DNA of 64,000 nt, taken from positions 1-64,000 of the forward strand of contig CAYVLA010000001.1 in the NCBI GenBank assembly GCA_964452145.1. The letters are read 5' to 3'. Under the pieces are notes generated by a model. It ran no database searches, was not told the DNA's origin, and saw only the letters and a program-made list of their open reading frames with translations. The translations under genes were made by a program, and so were the position numbers. The stretch is from Candidatus Hadarchaeota archaeon (GTDB lineage: Archaea > CAYQAE01 > CAYVLA01). Shown piece by piece: positions 20,919-30,979 of the stretch (the stretch's first letter is position 1; each line of letters starts with the position of its first letter).

Positions 20919-21496
20919 CCTCAAAAAGAGGGCCCAAGTCCGTCTACGTCCTCGGACGGTCCAACGTAGGCAAGTCGGCTCTCATAGAGGCCCTAACCGG
21001 CAAGCGCGTGATATCGGGAAGGCGTCCCGGAGTCACCTCAAGGCCGAAGTGCGTCGGTGGCGGGGCCATAACGTACACGGATATGCCGGGGTTTGGCTTC
21101 ATGAGCGGTGTATCGAGAATCGCGTCGGAGAGAACGAAGACCGCCATCGTCAAGGAGCTTGACGAAGGCCACGGCGGCATTGACCTCGCGCTCCTCGTCC
21201 TCGACTCGAAGGCTTTCCTCGAAATCTGCGCCCGGTGGGAAGGCAGGAATGAGACTCCGGTCGACATCGAGATGCACGATCTGCTAGGCGAACTTGGGAT
21301 AGCCTTCCTCGTTGTAGCCAACAAGATCGACAAGGTGGCCGATGTTGACAAGACCCTGGACGCGATAGGTGAGAAGCTTGGCTATCTCCCTCCCTGGAGG
21401 CAATGGTGGGACACCATTGTACCGGTCTCCGCCAAGACCGGGGCTGGCATCCCGACGCTCAGGGACAGGATATCCAGGAAACTGGGCCTTTCCTAG
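20915..21496 (+). CDS. engB: GTP-binding protein EngB
   Basis: GRSNVGKS, PGVT, DMPGFG, NKID, SAK. ATGA overlap with upstream gene. Confidence 0.92.
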   Translation: MTSKRGPKSVYVLGRSNVGKSALIEALTGKRVISGRRPGVTSRPKCVGGGAITYTDMPGFGFMSGVSRIASERTKTAIVKELDEGHGGIDLALLVLDSKAFLEICARWEGRNETPVDIEMHDLLGELGIAFLVVANKIDKVADVDKTLDAIGEKLGYLPPWRQWWDTIVPVSAKTGAGIPTLRDRISRKLGLS

Positions 21497-21792
21497 CTGA
21501 CCCTCGGCGCCTTGAAGTACCGACCTTCTTTCTCGGGCGCATTTTGCAGGATCGATTCTGGAGGCAGAGAACCCTTCACGCGATCCTCACGGAAAACGTT
21601 CTGGACATCCATGACGTGGGTCGTGGGCGGGATGTCATCCAGCTTGACCCGATCGATGATTCTGAAATACCCCAATATGCGCTGCAACTGGTCCCGAAAA
21701 AGCTCCTTCTCGGCCTCTGTCAGCCTGATCTTGGCCAGCTCGGCTATGTGTTCTACCTCTTCGAGCGTTAGGATGCCCGTCCTCTTCGCCAC
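21493..21792 (-). CDS. gatC: Asp/Glu-tRNA amidotransferase subunit C
   Basis: EVEHIAELAKI, NVFRED, NAPEKEGRYFKAPRV. Confidence 0.95.
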   Translation of the reverse strand: MAKRTGILTLEEVEHIAELAKIRLTEAEKELFRDQLQRILGYFRIIDRVKLDDIPPTTHVMDVQNVFREDRVKGSLPPESILQNAPEKEGRYFKAPRVS

Positions 21793-21963
21793 AAGATCGC
21801 ATCGTGGGGGGCATCTTAATGTGTTTCCGTGGCTTGCTTGCCTCAGGCAGATGACTGGTTCTCACCAGCAGCATACTCAGAAGGCCCATCTTCAACCGGC
21901 GTATGAATGGCGAGCAGGAAACAATTATTACCTTAGCGTCGGGGATGGAAGACCGGTGTTGGA

Positions 21964-22194
21964 ATGGTGAAGGCCTTCGTTCTGATCACGGCGAAGCCGG
22001 GCGCCGAATCCACCCTCGTTGAGCATCTCAAAGAGCTTGAGGAAGTCGAGAACGCTTGGGCTGTCTACGGGGAGTACGACATCATAGCGCTGATCACCGT
22101 CAAGAACCTGAAGGACTTGGACTCCTTCGTTACCGACAAGATACGTCGGATGGAGGAGGTCCAGTTCACCTCCACGATGATCTGCATCCCCTGA
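21964..22194 (+). CDS. Stand-alone Lrp/AsnC ligand-binding domain protein
   Basis: AFVLI, VYGEYDII, TSTMI. Confidence 0.9.
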   Translation: MVKAFVLITAKPGAESTLVEHLKELEEVENAWAVYGEYDIIALITVKNLKDLDSFVTDKIRRMEEVQFTSTMICIP

Positions 22195-22196
22195 TC

Positions 22197-22418
22197 CTAA
22201 ACCATCTCGCTCTTCTTGGCGAAGTACTGTGCAAGCGCGATCAGCGCGATGCCCAAGCCCAGAACCAGAATCGCGAAGGCCCAGGCTACCTCGGACGGCT
22301 TGTACATGTTAAGGAGTTTGCCCTCAAAGGCTACGGCTTTGAGCACGGCCGTGAGGAGGCCGAAGGCGGCCAGGAAGATGCCGAACAGCCCGAGGAAGTT
22401 GACGACAATCTCTATCAA
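22197..22418 (-). CDS. Small two-TM membrane protein
   Basis: Two hydrophobic helices, TTG start after GGTGG, TATA-like ATATTTAAG upstream. Confidence 0.65.
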   Translation of the reverse strand: MIEIVVNFLGLFGIFLAAFGLLTAVLKAVAFEGKLLNMYKPSEVAWAFAILVLGLGIALIALAQYFAKKSEMV

Positions 22419-22876
22419 GACCGGTCCACCACCTAGGCGAGGCGGTAGACCTCTCTTAAATATTTCGAGGAGGGAGGAGGGCTGCTGTCGGAAGATGGCA
22501 TCGTATGCGGCAATGGCAGACCGGTGTTGACCCACTCCCGCTTACGCCCTCTTGCCGCCTAACTGGGACGCGCGGGATTGTTCGAGTCACACTCTCCGAG
22601 AAGCTCGCGTCAGAGTGACCGGCGATGGGGTCTGTGGCGGGTCCCTGCTAACCACGGCCCTCGTGGGAGCGTTGATCCTGATCACCGAACTCCGGTTGGA
22701 TGTCGCCTAGTCACCTTGAGCACACCACGATGACATGCTGCATCACGATCGTTCTTCTGCGGAATCGATAGATCAACGGGGTCGGTCCCCTCACTAGCTT
22801 ACCAGACTTAGGCGTGCCGTGTCAGGACGGGCAGGGCAGGCGGGGCCAATGCAAGGCCTCTCGGGACATGAGTGAA

Positions 22877-24373
22877 CTAGTCGGCTTCCTTGAAGACGCT
22901 GGGTATCTCCTCGGCCACATCGGTGGCTAGGATGTGGCATCCCTTCCTAGCGGAGGCCATCTCGCCCGCTCTTCCCGTGATGTAGGTACCGGCTACGGCC
23001 GCTCTGAACGGATCGTTATGCCTCGCCAGCAGGGCACCTATGACCCCGGTCAGGCAATCTCCAGTGCCCCCCACGGTCATGCAGGCGGTGCCTGTCCGGT
23101 TCTCCTTCCAGTCGGCTCCCCAAGCCACCACATCGCACGGTCCTTTTACGACCCACGTGCAACGCGTTTGGCGGGATTGCTCAAGCACCGTCTCCCTCCT
23201 CTCCGCGGTCATCTGGGGAAGATCCCTGCCCGTCAATATCCTGAACTCCCCAGCATGGGGGGTGATGACCACCGATTTCCCCAGCTCTCCCGCCCTGCCG
23301 GCAAAGGCTTTGAGAGCGTCGGCATCGACGACCATGGGCTTGTTGCCCAAGGACTTCACAAGTTCCACCGATGCCTTGAGAGTATCCTCATCTTGCCCCA
23401 AACCGGGCCCAATGCACACGGCATCGCACCTGCTAGCGAGATCGACTATGGCCCCCACCGAATCGGTCGTCAGGCGATCGCCCCGGTATCCCCTGCATAT
23501 GAGTGAGGGGGAGTATCCCCCAGCAAGATCCCTTATCGCCTCAGGGACGGCCAGATATGCCAGGTCGATCCCGGTTCTCAGGGCGGCAATCCCGCATATG
23601 GCAGGAGCACCCTGATACTCCTTGCTCCCTCCAACAACCAACAGTACGCCGTTGTCGCCCTTATGGGAGTCGGGCCTTCTGCGATCCTTCACAAATAGTA
23701 GGTCACCCGGCCCCGCAAGAGTCTCCGCCTCCCTGGGTATGCCTATGTCCACAACAACCAGCTCACCCACCAACTCCGGGGCGAGTGTATGACCCGTCTT
23801 GGCGCAGTGGAAAGTCACCGTGAGATCTGCCCGGAACACCTCGCCTTCGTGTGTCCCGCTATCCACATCAAGACCGGACGGGATGTCAACCGCGACCCTG
23901 AGTCCATGTGCAGCTTCGCATGCCTTGATCAAGGATGCGATGGGCTCCCTGGCTAGCCCCCTGGATCCGGTGCCCAGAAGGGCATCCACAACCACGTCCT
24001 GCTTGGCCAAGAGTTCGCGGAACCCAGGTTCTCTGGCTTGACAGGAATCCGCCACTGCCCTGAACTCCATCGACGGGATTCGCCTGCATATGTCCCTATT
24101 GCGCCGGGCTTCGGCTGTGGAGGGCTCCCGTGCTTCCACAACTGTGACCCTCCAACCCATGTTGGCTAGGTGCCTTGCCGACACGAAACCGTCCCCGCCG
24201 TTGTTGCCCGGTCCGCAGAGCACGACCGCAGAACCTGCCTTCCTGCTTCTTGAGATCTCCTCGGCCACCTGCCTTCCCGCGTTTTCCATCAGGACAATGG
24301 GGTCAATGCCCATGCCTTGTGCATTCCTGTCGATGGCTGCCATCTCCATGGCAGAAATAGACCTCAAGGACAT
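22877..24373 (-). CDS. nnr: Bifunctional NAD(P)H-hydrate epimerase/dehydratase
   Basis: LMENAG, GPGNNGGDG, DALLGTG, HKGDNG, TPHAGEF, GGTGD. Confidence 0.95.
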   Translation of the reverse strand: MSLRSISAMEMAAIDRNAQGMGIDPIVLMENAGRQVAEEISRSRKAGSAVVLCGPGNNGGDGFVSARHLANMGWRVTVVEAREPSTAEARRNRDICRRIPSMEFRAVADSCQAREPGFRELLAKQDVVVDALLGTGSRGLAREPIASLIKACEAAHGLRVAVDIPSGLDVDSGTHEGEVFRADLTVTFHCAKTGHTLAPELVGELVVVDIGIPREAETLAGPGDLLFVKDRRRPDSHKGDNGVLLVVGGSKEYQGAPAICGIAALRTGIDLAYLAVPEAIRDLAGGYSPSLICRGYRGDRLTTDSVGAIVDLASRCDAVCIGPGLGQDEDTLKASVELVKSLGNKPMVVDADALKAFAGRAGELGKSVVITPHAGEFRILTGRDLPQMTAERRETVLEQSRQTRCTWVVKGPCDVVAWGADWKENRTGTACMTVGGTGDCLTGVIGALLARHNDPFRAAVAGTYITGRAGEMASARKGCHILATDVAEEIPSVFKEAD

Positions 24374-24461
24374 CCCGCCGTGATATGCCGACCCTTCCGA
24401 TAAATATGTCCCACCTGAGCCGGTGAGAATCCTTATAAGATGGAGGGGAAACCCCCTGAAC

Positions 24462-24989
24462 GTGGCTCATATCGAGGCGAGCTGGGATTTCCATCTCATC
24501 GTCTCCACAGGGAGGGGACTGGAACCCGCCTGCATATCGGCCATCAGAGAAATCCTTGCTGGGATCGACCCACATATGTCGGGACACAGGTTGGGATTCA
24601 GTGGGCTTGTAGCGATCCATCTGCATACGCCTCCCCGAGAGGCCGTGAAGAAGATCGCCACCACCTTGGTCGAAAAACCTTGGTACAACGACCTGATCAA
24701 ACGCGTGGTCCCTATCGATAGGGTGGTTGCGACACGTCAGCCCGAGATCATCTCGGCCGTTGATGAGATCAGAGGTGAAGCGGCTATCCGCATGGACGAG
24801 AGCTTCAGGGTGAAGGTCAGGAGGAGAGGATCCGACATCGACAGGATCTCATTGATCATGGCCGTGGCCGACCTTTTCGTCAACCGGGTCGACCTGGAGA
24901 ACCCGGATCTTGAGGTAAGGATCGAGATACTTGGAGAGGTATCGGGCATCTCCGTGATTCGAAGAGGGGAGATCTTCCCTGACCTCTAG
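24462..24989 (+). CDS. THUMP domain protein
   Basis: RVVPID, SFRVKVRRRG, VDLENPDLEVRIEIL. Start inferred from TTATAA box. Confidence 0.85.
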   Translation: MAHIEASWDFHLIVSTGRGLEPACISAIREILAGIDPHMSGHRLGFSGLVAIHLHTPPREAVKKIATTLVEKPWYNDLIKRVVPIDRVVATRQPEIISAVDEIRGEAAIRMDESFRVKVRRRGSDIDRISLIMAVADLFVNRVDLENPDLEVRIEILGEVSGISVIRRGEIFPDL

Positions 24990-25921
24990 GGCTGCCGCTT
25001 CTCCTTGATGATGCCGGATAGATCGGAACGCCTCTCGATTTCATCGAGTTCGTCCCGGCCCACCACGGCAAGGCCGTGCAGCGTGCTCCGGGTCTGCTTT
25101 TCTTGGCTGATCAGAAATGCGGTTATGTCTATGACCCTGGAGAGACTCGAGATCAGGTCGGCGTGGTGGCGCGTACCCCGGTCATGCTCCAGCGCAGTGG
25201 CGAGCAGGCGATCCTCGGATTCCTTCGCCATTATGTCAAAGGGCGTCCTCGGGGTAGGATAGACACCGAAGCCCAGTTGACTCAGGCGGGCAATGACGAA
25301 GTTCAGTAGTTCGCTCTGTACGGGTCCTCCCGGCATGATCTCCACTTCTACCCGCCTCAGGACCTGAACTGGCTGCACAAGATCGACTGCAAGCTTCTCG
25401 GCCAGTGCCATGGCGGTGTCCACAGTGGCGTTTCCGCCATGCTCGTATGTGTATATCGACTCCCGGGTCACGCCGATCGTCTTGGCCAGTTGACCCAAGG
25501 ACAGACCCCTGCGTTTCCTCTCCCGCTCAAGCGCCTCTCCATCGATCCTAACGTAGTACCCACCCTTGGTGCTGAAGATGAGGGGCAAAGCTGAGTTCTG
25601 GACCAGCATCCTCAGGGTGTCCGGGTTAATCGCCGGCAGATCGTATCGCTCGTGGACGACATCGTTCTCTATCCTGTCCATCCTGGTCCGATCTCCAATC
25701 AGAAGGGGAAACGCCGACACAAGGCAGGCCAGCCGTTTCAGCTCCTGGGCCTGAAGGGCATCCATGCTGTCAACGTTTACCAGTATCTTGAGCAGCAGGA
25801 GGATGTCCTTCCTTGCGGCTATGTCAAGGCAGTAGGAACCATAGGGAAGGACCTTGGTAACCTCGTAGTTGGCATCTTCAAGGGTGCCCGCGACCTCGGA
25901 GACGATCTGGTCCTTTTGCAC
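24986..25921 (-). CDS. Archaeal HTH transcriptional regulator (COG1395 type)
   Basis: LLLLKILVNVD, KGGYYVRIDG, GLSLGQLAKTIGVTRESIYTYE (Cro/CI-type HTH). Confidence 0.88.
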   Translation of the reverse strand: MQKDQIVSEVAGTLEDANYEVTKVLPYGSYCLDIAARKDILLLLKILVNVDSMDALQAQELKRLACLVSAFPLLIGDRTRMDRIENDVVHERYDLPAINPDTLRMLVQNSALPLIFSTKGGYYVRIDGEALERERKRRGLSLGQLAKTIGVTRESIYTYEHGGNATVDTAMALAEKLAVDLVQPVQVLRRVEVEIMPGGPVQSELLNFVIARLSQLGFGVYPTPRTPFDIMAKESEDRLLATALEHDRGTRHHADLISSLSRVIDITAFLISQEKQTRSTLHGLAVVGRDELDEIERRSDLSGIIKEKRQP

Positions 25922-26064
25922 AGTTGTTGTGCCGCGACGACACATTTAAAGTTTTCTCACAATTCGGAACTTTGCAGAGCTGCAAGGTTGAAAATATGCG
26001 CCAAGAGTCCCCCGAATGGTCATATGAGGGCTTAACGTTGTATTTTCGCCATGGAAAGCCCTGG

Positions 26065-27426
26065 ATGACGGTAAGACGGCCTTCGGAGGATGCTGCCTGC
26101 TTGGCTGTAGGCGTGGACGATACCGATTCAAGGTCGCTGGGAATGTGCACGACATATCTCTCCGTTTTGATCGCTGAGAAGTTGACGGAGGCAGGACTGG
26201 ACTTCGGGTTCTACGACTTCCCCAATCTCATCCGCCTCAATCCCCAAGTGCCAAACAAGACCCGGGGAAACGGAGCCCTGGCCCTGAAGTTGTTCCTGCA
26301 GGACGGTCGGCCCGACCGGGTATTTGACCTGTGCAAGGAAGTGATCGAGGAGAACGCGATATTCGCCGACTCCGCAACCCACCCGGGGCTCGCGATGATC
26401 GGCGGTCAGGATCCATCCCCCAGCCTGACGGCATTCTACCACCGATGTCTTCATCGGGTTGTTGGCAAACAAGAGGCGCTCGAGATTGCCCGCCGGGAGG
26501 GCATCAGGGTGGCCGCCTACAAGAGGGGGTACGGGGTCATCGGTGCGATCGCCGCACTCGGCGCGGACTTGACGTCCGACCAGACCTTCGAGACCGTGGC
26601 CTATCGGGATCCATCGGAACGGGCCAAGTTCCGTCCCATAGACGAGTCTCTCGTCCTCAAGGTCGACGCGGAGATACTCGACACCTTCTACAACTATGAT
26701 TACCTCAACCACAGGGTGTGCATCGTGCCCAGATCCCCCTGTCCGGTGCACTTCGGAGTCCGGGCCGAGACCCCATCCGGGTCGCAGGCCGGCTACATGA
26801 TGCTGGACGGGGGTATGGCCCCGACCGCGATCACGTTCAGAACCAACCAACACACAGACGCCCATATTGAGAGGCTCGAGAGCCTTGCACATCTCAGGCC
26901 CAGGTCGTCCGTGGCCGTGATCGGCAGGGTGGCCGCCGATCCAAGAACCATCCCGGGCGGGCATGTGATCTTCACCATCGCAGATCAAGGGGGACAGGTG
27001 GATTGTGCTGCCTACGAGCCCACCAAGCAATTCAGGGCCATCGTTAGGAAGCTGATGCCCGGAGACCTACTGGAAGCATACGGATCGGTCCGCGAAGGCC
27101 AATCCTCCCATGGACCAACGATAAACCTCGAGAAGCTGAGGGTGGTATCCCTCCGCAGGACGACCAGCGTCAATCCGCTTTGCCCAAGGTGCGGCTCGAG
27201 GCTGACATCGATGGGTAGCAACGCGGGCTTCAAATGTAGGAAGAAGGGATGTCACTTCCGCGACCCCAGCCTGAGGAAGAGCGAGCAACCGCTGGAACGA
27301 TCCCTGAAGGAGGGTTTCTACGAGCCTCCGCCTGTGGCCTGGAGACACCTCTACAAGCCGCTGCACAGAGCCATTGGGCAGCCCCGCCATCACTGGGCTG
27401 TGGGTTCATCTTCCGGGCCGGCATAG
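26065..27426 (+). CDS. tiaS: tRNA(Ile2) agmatidine synthetase
   Basis: GVDDTDS..GMCTTY, LIRLNP..KTRGN, TNQHTDAH, AAYEPT, CPRC...CRK Zn ribbon. Confidence 0.95.
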   Translation: MTVRRPSEDAACLAVGVDDTDSRSLGMCTTYLSVLIAEKLTEAGLDFGFYDFPNLIRLNPQVPNKTRGNGALALKLFLQDGRPDRVFDLCKEVIEENAIFADSATHPGLAMIGGQDPSPSLTAFYHRCLHRVVGKQEALEIARREGIRVAAYKRGYGVIGAIAALGADLTSDQTFETVAYRDPSERAKFRPIDESLVLKVDAEILDTFYNYDYLNHRVCIVPRSPCPVHFGVRAETPSGSQAGYMMLDGGMAPTAITFRTNQHTDAHIERLESLAHLRPRSSVAVIGRVAADPRTIPGGHVIFTIADQGGQVDCAAYEPTKQFRAIVRKLMPGDLLEAYGSVREGQSSHGPTINLEKLRVVSLRRTTSVNPLCPRCGSRLTSMGSNAGFKCRKKGCHFRDPSLRKSEQPLERSLKEGFYEPPPVAWRHLYKPLHRAIGQPRHHWAVGSSSGPA

Positions 27427-28178
27427 GGTCCCGTTGCCTGGGGGTCCTCTCCCTCCTCCTCCATATCCTCAGCGGGTTCTCCGCCAGCGTCCAATCCGCC
27501 CGCCTCCTCAGGGGCGGGTCGTTCGATCGCCTGTTCCGATGGCTTTCCCTGGCCCAAGTCCTCGACCGGCTGTTCGGCCGCGATGATCTCGGTCTGCTCG
27601 GCCTCGGGTGGACTGAAGATGATCTTGCTCTTCATTATCTCGATCTTCTTTATCGGGTAGATGAGCTTGACCTGTTTATGGATGTCGGCTGACAGCTTGC
27701 CAAGAATCATCTCATGAATGAAGCCCGAGAAGCTGCTCCGCTCCGCCGCAGCCTTCGTGACATTGGTCATAGCCGCCCTTATGGCTTTGGACTGTGAGGC
27801 GGCTACCCTTTGAAGGGTGAAAGCCAGGGCTCTGACCCTTATCTTGTGTCCGTCTTGGGTCGTCACCTGGGTTATCGAGTCGACTCTGGTCGTCCCCCGC
27901 CTTACGTGCATTCTCACATAGTCGCGGGTCAGATCGTGACCGATGAACCTGGTGTAAGCTTTTTCGCCCCTGACATCGGATATCTGGAAGTAGAGCTTGA
28001 CATGGTGTTGGGTGAAGTCCCCCGTTACCTCGCGCAGAGTGGTTTCTATCGTCCTATTCCTAAGCTTATCGGGCCCGAGGCCCAGGGTTTCCCCTATCTC
28101 GCAGTTCCCAAAGAGACTGGGGGCATAGACCGTGAACCACCTCTTCTCCTTCCACATGTCACGCGTCTTCTTGGGCAA
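27390..28178 (-). CDS. rps3ae: 30S ribosomal protein eS1 (S3Ae) with long acidic C-terminal tail
   Basis: WKEKRWFTVYAP, RTIETTL, GHDLTRDYVR, IYPIKKIEI. TTG start after GAGGTG. Confidence 0.95.
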   Translation of the reverse strand: MPKKTRDMWKEKRWFTVYAPSLFGNCEIGETLGLGPDKLRNRTIETTLREVTGDFTQHHVKLYFQISDVRGEKAYTRFIGHDLTRDYVRMHVRRGTTRVDSITQVTTQDGHKIRVRALAFTLQRVAASQSKAIRAAMTNVTKAAAERSSFSGFIHEMILGKLSADIHKQVKLIYPIKKIEIMKSKIIFSPPEAEQTEIIAAEQPVEDLGQGKPSEQAIERPAPEEAGGLDAGGEPAEDMEEEGEDPQATGPYAGPEDEPTAQ

Positions 28179-28308
28179 AATGGCACCTCGTCTGATGAAG
28201 GATGGATTAGAACCAGATCGGGTCATACCCCTTCCGGGGGCTGATAAATATTACCGGGTTGGTCCAATCGAGGCATATTCTAATAAGCGACCATTACCCG
28301 GCCTTCAC

Positions 28309-28860
28309 ATGCTCAGGTTTGTGACATCTAACAAGCACAAATTCGCTGAGTTCAGGACTATCGCCTCCGGCTTCCATGTTGAACTGGAGATGGTGGAGGC
28401 GTCATACCCGGAAATCCAGTCCTTCGACCTGGAGGAAATAGCGAGGCGAAGTGCTGAGGAATGTGCGAAGGATCTGGGGCAGGGCTTCTTCGTGGAAGAC
28501 GCCGGGCTGTTCGTGGACGCCCTGGGAGGCTTTCCCGGGCCATACTCCTCCTATGTCCAGTCGACCATAGGCAATGCAGGGATCCTGGCCTTGATGAGGG
28601 GCAGGACGGATAGATCGGCCCACTTCCTCTCCGTGATCTGCCACTACGATGGCCGGTTCCACATCTACAGGGGAGAAGTCGAGGGCACAATCTGCCGGAA
28701 GCCCAGGGGAGCGGGAGGCTTCGGCTACGATCCCATATTCATACCTCGAGGTGAGAGACGCACCTTCGCCCAGATGGGCCCTGCGAAGAATGAGGTCTCG
28801 CACCGCCGACGAAGCTCGGAAATATTTTTCAGAACGCTGGCTCAGAATTCGGTAGGGTAA
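28309..28860 (+). CDS. rdgB: Non-canonical purine NTP pyrophosphatase (HAM1/RdgB)
   Basis: FVTSNKHK, EDAGL, GFPGPYS, GFGYDPIF, SHR. Confidence 0.95.
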   Translation: MLRFVTSNKHKFAEFRTIASGFHVELEMVEASYPEIQSFDLEEIARRSAEECAKDLGQGFFVEDAGLFVDALGGFPGPYSSYVQSTIGNAGILALMRGRTDRSAHFLSVICHYDGRFHIYRGEVEGTICRKPRGAGGFGYDPIFIPRGERRTFAQMGPAKNEVSHRRRSSEIFFRTLAQNSVG

Positions 28861-28869
28861 GGTGCTCTA

Positions 28870-29325
28870 TTGGCTAGGATACACTCTCGACGTAGGGGCA
28901 AGTCCCGCTCCAAACCGCCCGTTCGGACCTCACCTCCCTACTGGACGGCCTACTCCCCCGAAGAGATAGAGGAAATCGTCTTGCGCCTCCAGAAGGAGGG
29001 CCGCTCCAAGAGCAGAATCGGGCTTGTCCTAAGGGATCAGTACGGCGTGACTGGAATAAGGCTCATGACCGGCAAGAAACTGGGCACGCTTCTCAAAGAG
29101 AAGGGGATAGAGGAGGATTTCCCTGAGGACTTCCTTGATCTGATGCGAAGGGCGGTGAACCTCAGGGATCACATGGCCAAGAACAAGGTGGACTATGGCG
29201 CCCGGAGGGGTCTGGAGTTGGTGGAGGCCAAGATCAGGCGTCTCCAGAACTACTACTGGAGGTCGGGTAGGATACCAAGGGACTGGCGGTACGATCCCGA
29301 GAAGGCTGCACTCCTGGTTGGGTAG
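28870..29325 (+). CDS. rps15: 30S ribosomal protein uS15
   Basis: MARIHSRRRGKS, IGLVLRDQYG, EAKIRRL..YY. Confidence 0.97.
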   Translation: MARIHSRRRGKSRSKPPVRTSPPYWTAYSPEEIEEIVLRLQKEGRSKSRIGLVLRDQYGVTGIRLMTGKKLGTLLKEKGIEEDFPEDFLDLMRRAVNLRDHMAKNKVDYGARRGLELVEAKIRRLQNYYWRSGRIPRDWRYDPEKAALLVG

Positions 29326-29326
29326 A

Positions 29327-30697
29327 ATGAGTAGATTGGAAGAACTCGTTGAGAGAGCTTCCAATTGCGCCGACGTGATGGGCTCTGCTGCGGCCTCCCG
29401 CAAACAGGTTCTAATCGTCACGCATCATGACGTGGACGGCATATGTGCGGGCACGATCTGCCTCCTTGCCGCCAGGAGGCAGGGGGCCTCCGTGCGTTTG
29501 ACTTTCTCGGGCCACCTTTATCATGAGCAGATAAGTTCCCTGGTCTCGCTCAGACCGGATCTGCTTGTGTTGTGTGACATGGGCAGCGACCAACTTCCAC
29601 TCCTGCAGAAGGCCAGTATCCCCTACCTTGTCCTAGATCACCACGCCACGCAGGAACGCGACGAGCGTCTGTTATCTCCCTACTTGTTCGGGATCGACGG
29701 GGCAAGGGAAATCAGCGCATCCGGCCTTGCGTATCTACTTGCAAGGGCGCTGGACCCCGATAACATCGACCTATCCACTCTGGGGCTCTGCGGCGCCCAT
29801 GGCGATATGCAGGCCATGAAGGGACCGAACGAGCAGATAGCCGTTGACGCCGAATCCCATGGTCTGGTCAAGAGAAGGAAGGAGATCAGGCTAATCGGCC
29901 GCATGGACCGTCCCATGGAGTATTCCATACGATACTCAACCTCGCCTTACATAAAAGGTCTCTCCGGGAATCCCGCAGCCATCGGCAGTTTCCTGAGCGG
30001 GCTTGGCATCAGATCCGGGCCTGACACCAGCATCAGCCAGCTTGACGACCATATGGAGCGGGCGCTGCTGAATGGCATAGCGGAAAGGATGGTCAGAGAG
30101 GAAGCCTCAACCCACGAGGCGGAGAAGCTCTTCGGAGACACCTTCCACATCTGCAAAGGGGCACTACGGACAATCGAGGATCTGGTCGATGACATCGAGG
30201 CCTGCGCAGCCCTGAAGAGGTTCTCCGTCGCCTTCTCACTGTTGTACGGGGACCCGGCGGCAGAGGCAGAAGCGGAGCTACTCAGGCTGATGTACAAGGA
30301 GAAGATCTTCGAGGGTGTCCGCCTCTTTGGCTCCGCGGTCCGGATGGGCAACCTCTGGTACGTTCCAGCGGAGGGGTGGAGTGAGTACTCCGGAAAACTC
30401 GCCGGGATCTTCGCCAACGCCGGTTACTCAGGCCGGGACCGTGCCGTTATGGTTCTGACCACCGAAGGCCCACACACCAAGGTGTCGGCGAGGGCGAACC
30501 CTCAATTGGTGCGCAGGGGACTCGACTTGGGGAAGGCTCTCTCTGTGGTTGCGGAAAGGTTGGGTGGCCAGGGAGGAGGCCATGATGTGGCAGCGGGTGC
30601 CAGGTTTCCCAAGCAGTTACAAGGGGAATTCGTAAGCGGGGTGGACGAGGAGATTGAAAGGCAGATGGCCAGAAGTCAGGAGGAAGGGGATGAGTAG
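29327..30697 (+). CDS. DHH family phosphoesterase (RecJ-like)
   Basis: HHDVDG, CDMGS, LDHH, GGHDVAAGA, in the usual position after rps15. Confidence 0.92.
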   Translation: MSRLEELVERASNCADVMGSAAASRKQVLIVTHHDVDGICAGTICLLAARRQGASVRLTFSGHLYHEQISSLVSLRPDLLVLCDMGSDQLPLLQKASIPYLVLDHHATQERDERLLSPYLFGIDGAREISASGLAYLLARALDPDNIDLSTLGLCGAHGDMQAMKGPNEQIAVDAESHGLVKRRKEIRLIGRMDRPMEYSIRYSTSPYIKGLSGNPAAIGSFLSGLGIRSGPDTSISQLDDHMERALLNGIAERMVREEASTHEAEKLFGDTFHICKGALRTIEDLVDDIEACAALKRFSVAFSLLYGDPAAEAEAELLRLMYKEKIFEGVRLFGSAVRMGNLWYVPAEGWSEYSGKLAGIFANAGYSGRDRAVMVLTTEGPHTKVSARANPQLVRRGLDLGKALSVVAERLGGQGGGHDVAAGARFPKQLQGEFVSGVDEEIERQMARSQEEGDE

Positions 30698-30935
30698 AGT
30701 CAGAGCGGTCGTCGAGGTGGAATACTCGCCAGCTATGGCAGATGCAATCACCAAGGCCCTCCAAGCCGACAACGTCAACAACGGCAGAACCAGGGTCATG
30801 AGCTACGGGAAAGGGGGCATTGTAGTATCTGAGATCGAGTCGTCCAGTCTGGAGAAGATGCTTCCCGTGCTGGATGATCTGCTCTTCTGTCAGGCCCTGT
30901 CCTACAAGACCCTCCAGGTGGCAGCCCGTGGGTGA
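30690..30935 (+). CDS. pcc1: KEOPS complex subunit Pcc1
   Basis: About 80 aa, ALQADN, LDDLL. Sits in the conserved rps15-DHH-pcc1 context. Confidence 0.75.
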   Translation: MSRVRAVVEVEYSPAMADAITKALQADNVNNGRTRVMSYGKGGIVVSEIESSSLEKMLPVLDDLLFCQALSYKTLQVAARG

Positions 30936-30979
30936 CGATTGGCAAGATGGCCCGACCCGGGACATCTGCCGGATCGCCC

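Noticed and set aside
22556..22814. GCCTAAC ... CTTAGGC resembling integron attC ends
   Set aside because: About 250 nt apart, one end imperfect, no internal L-box pairing seen and no integrase in the window.
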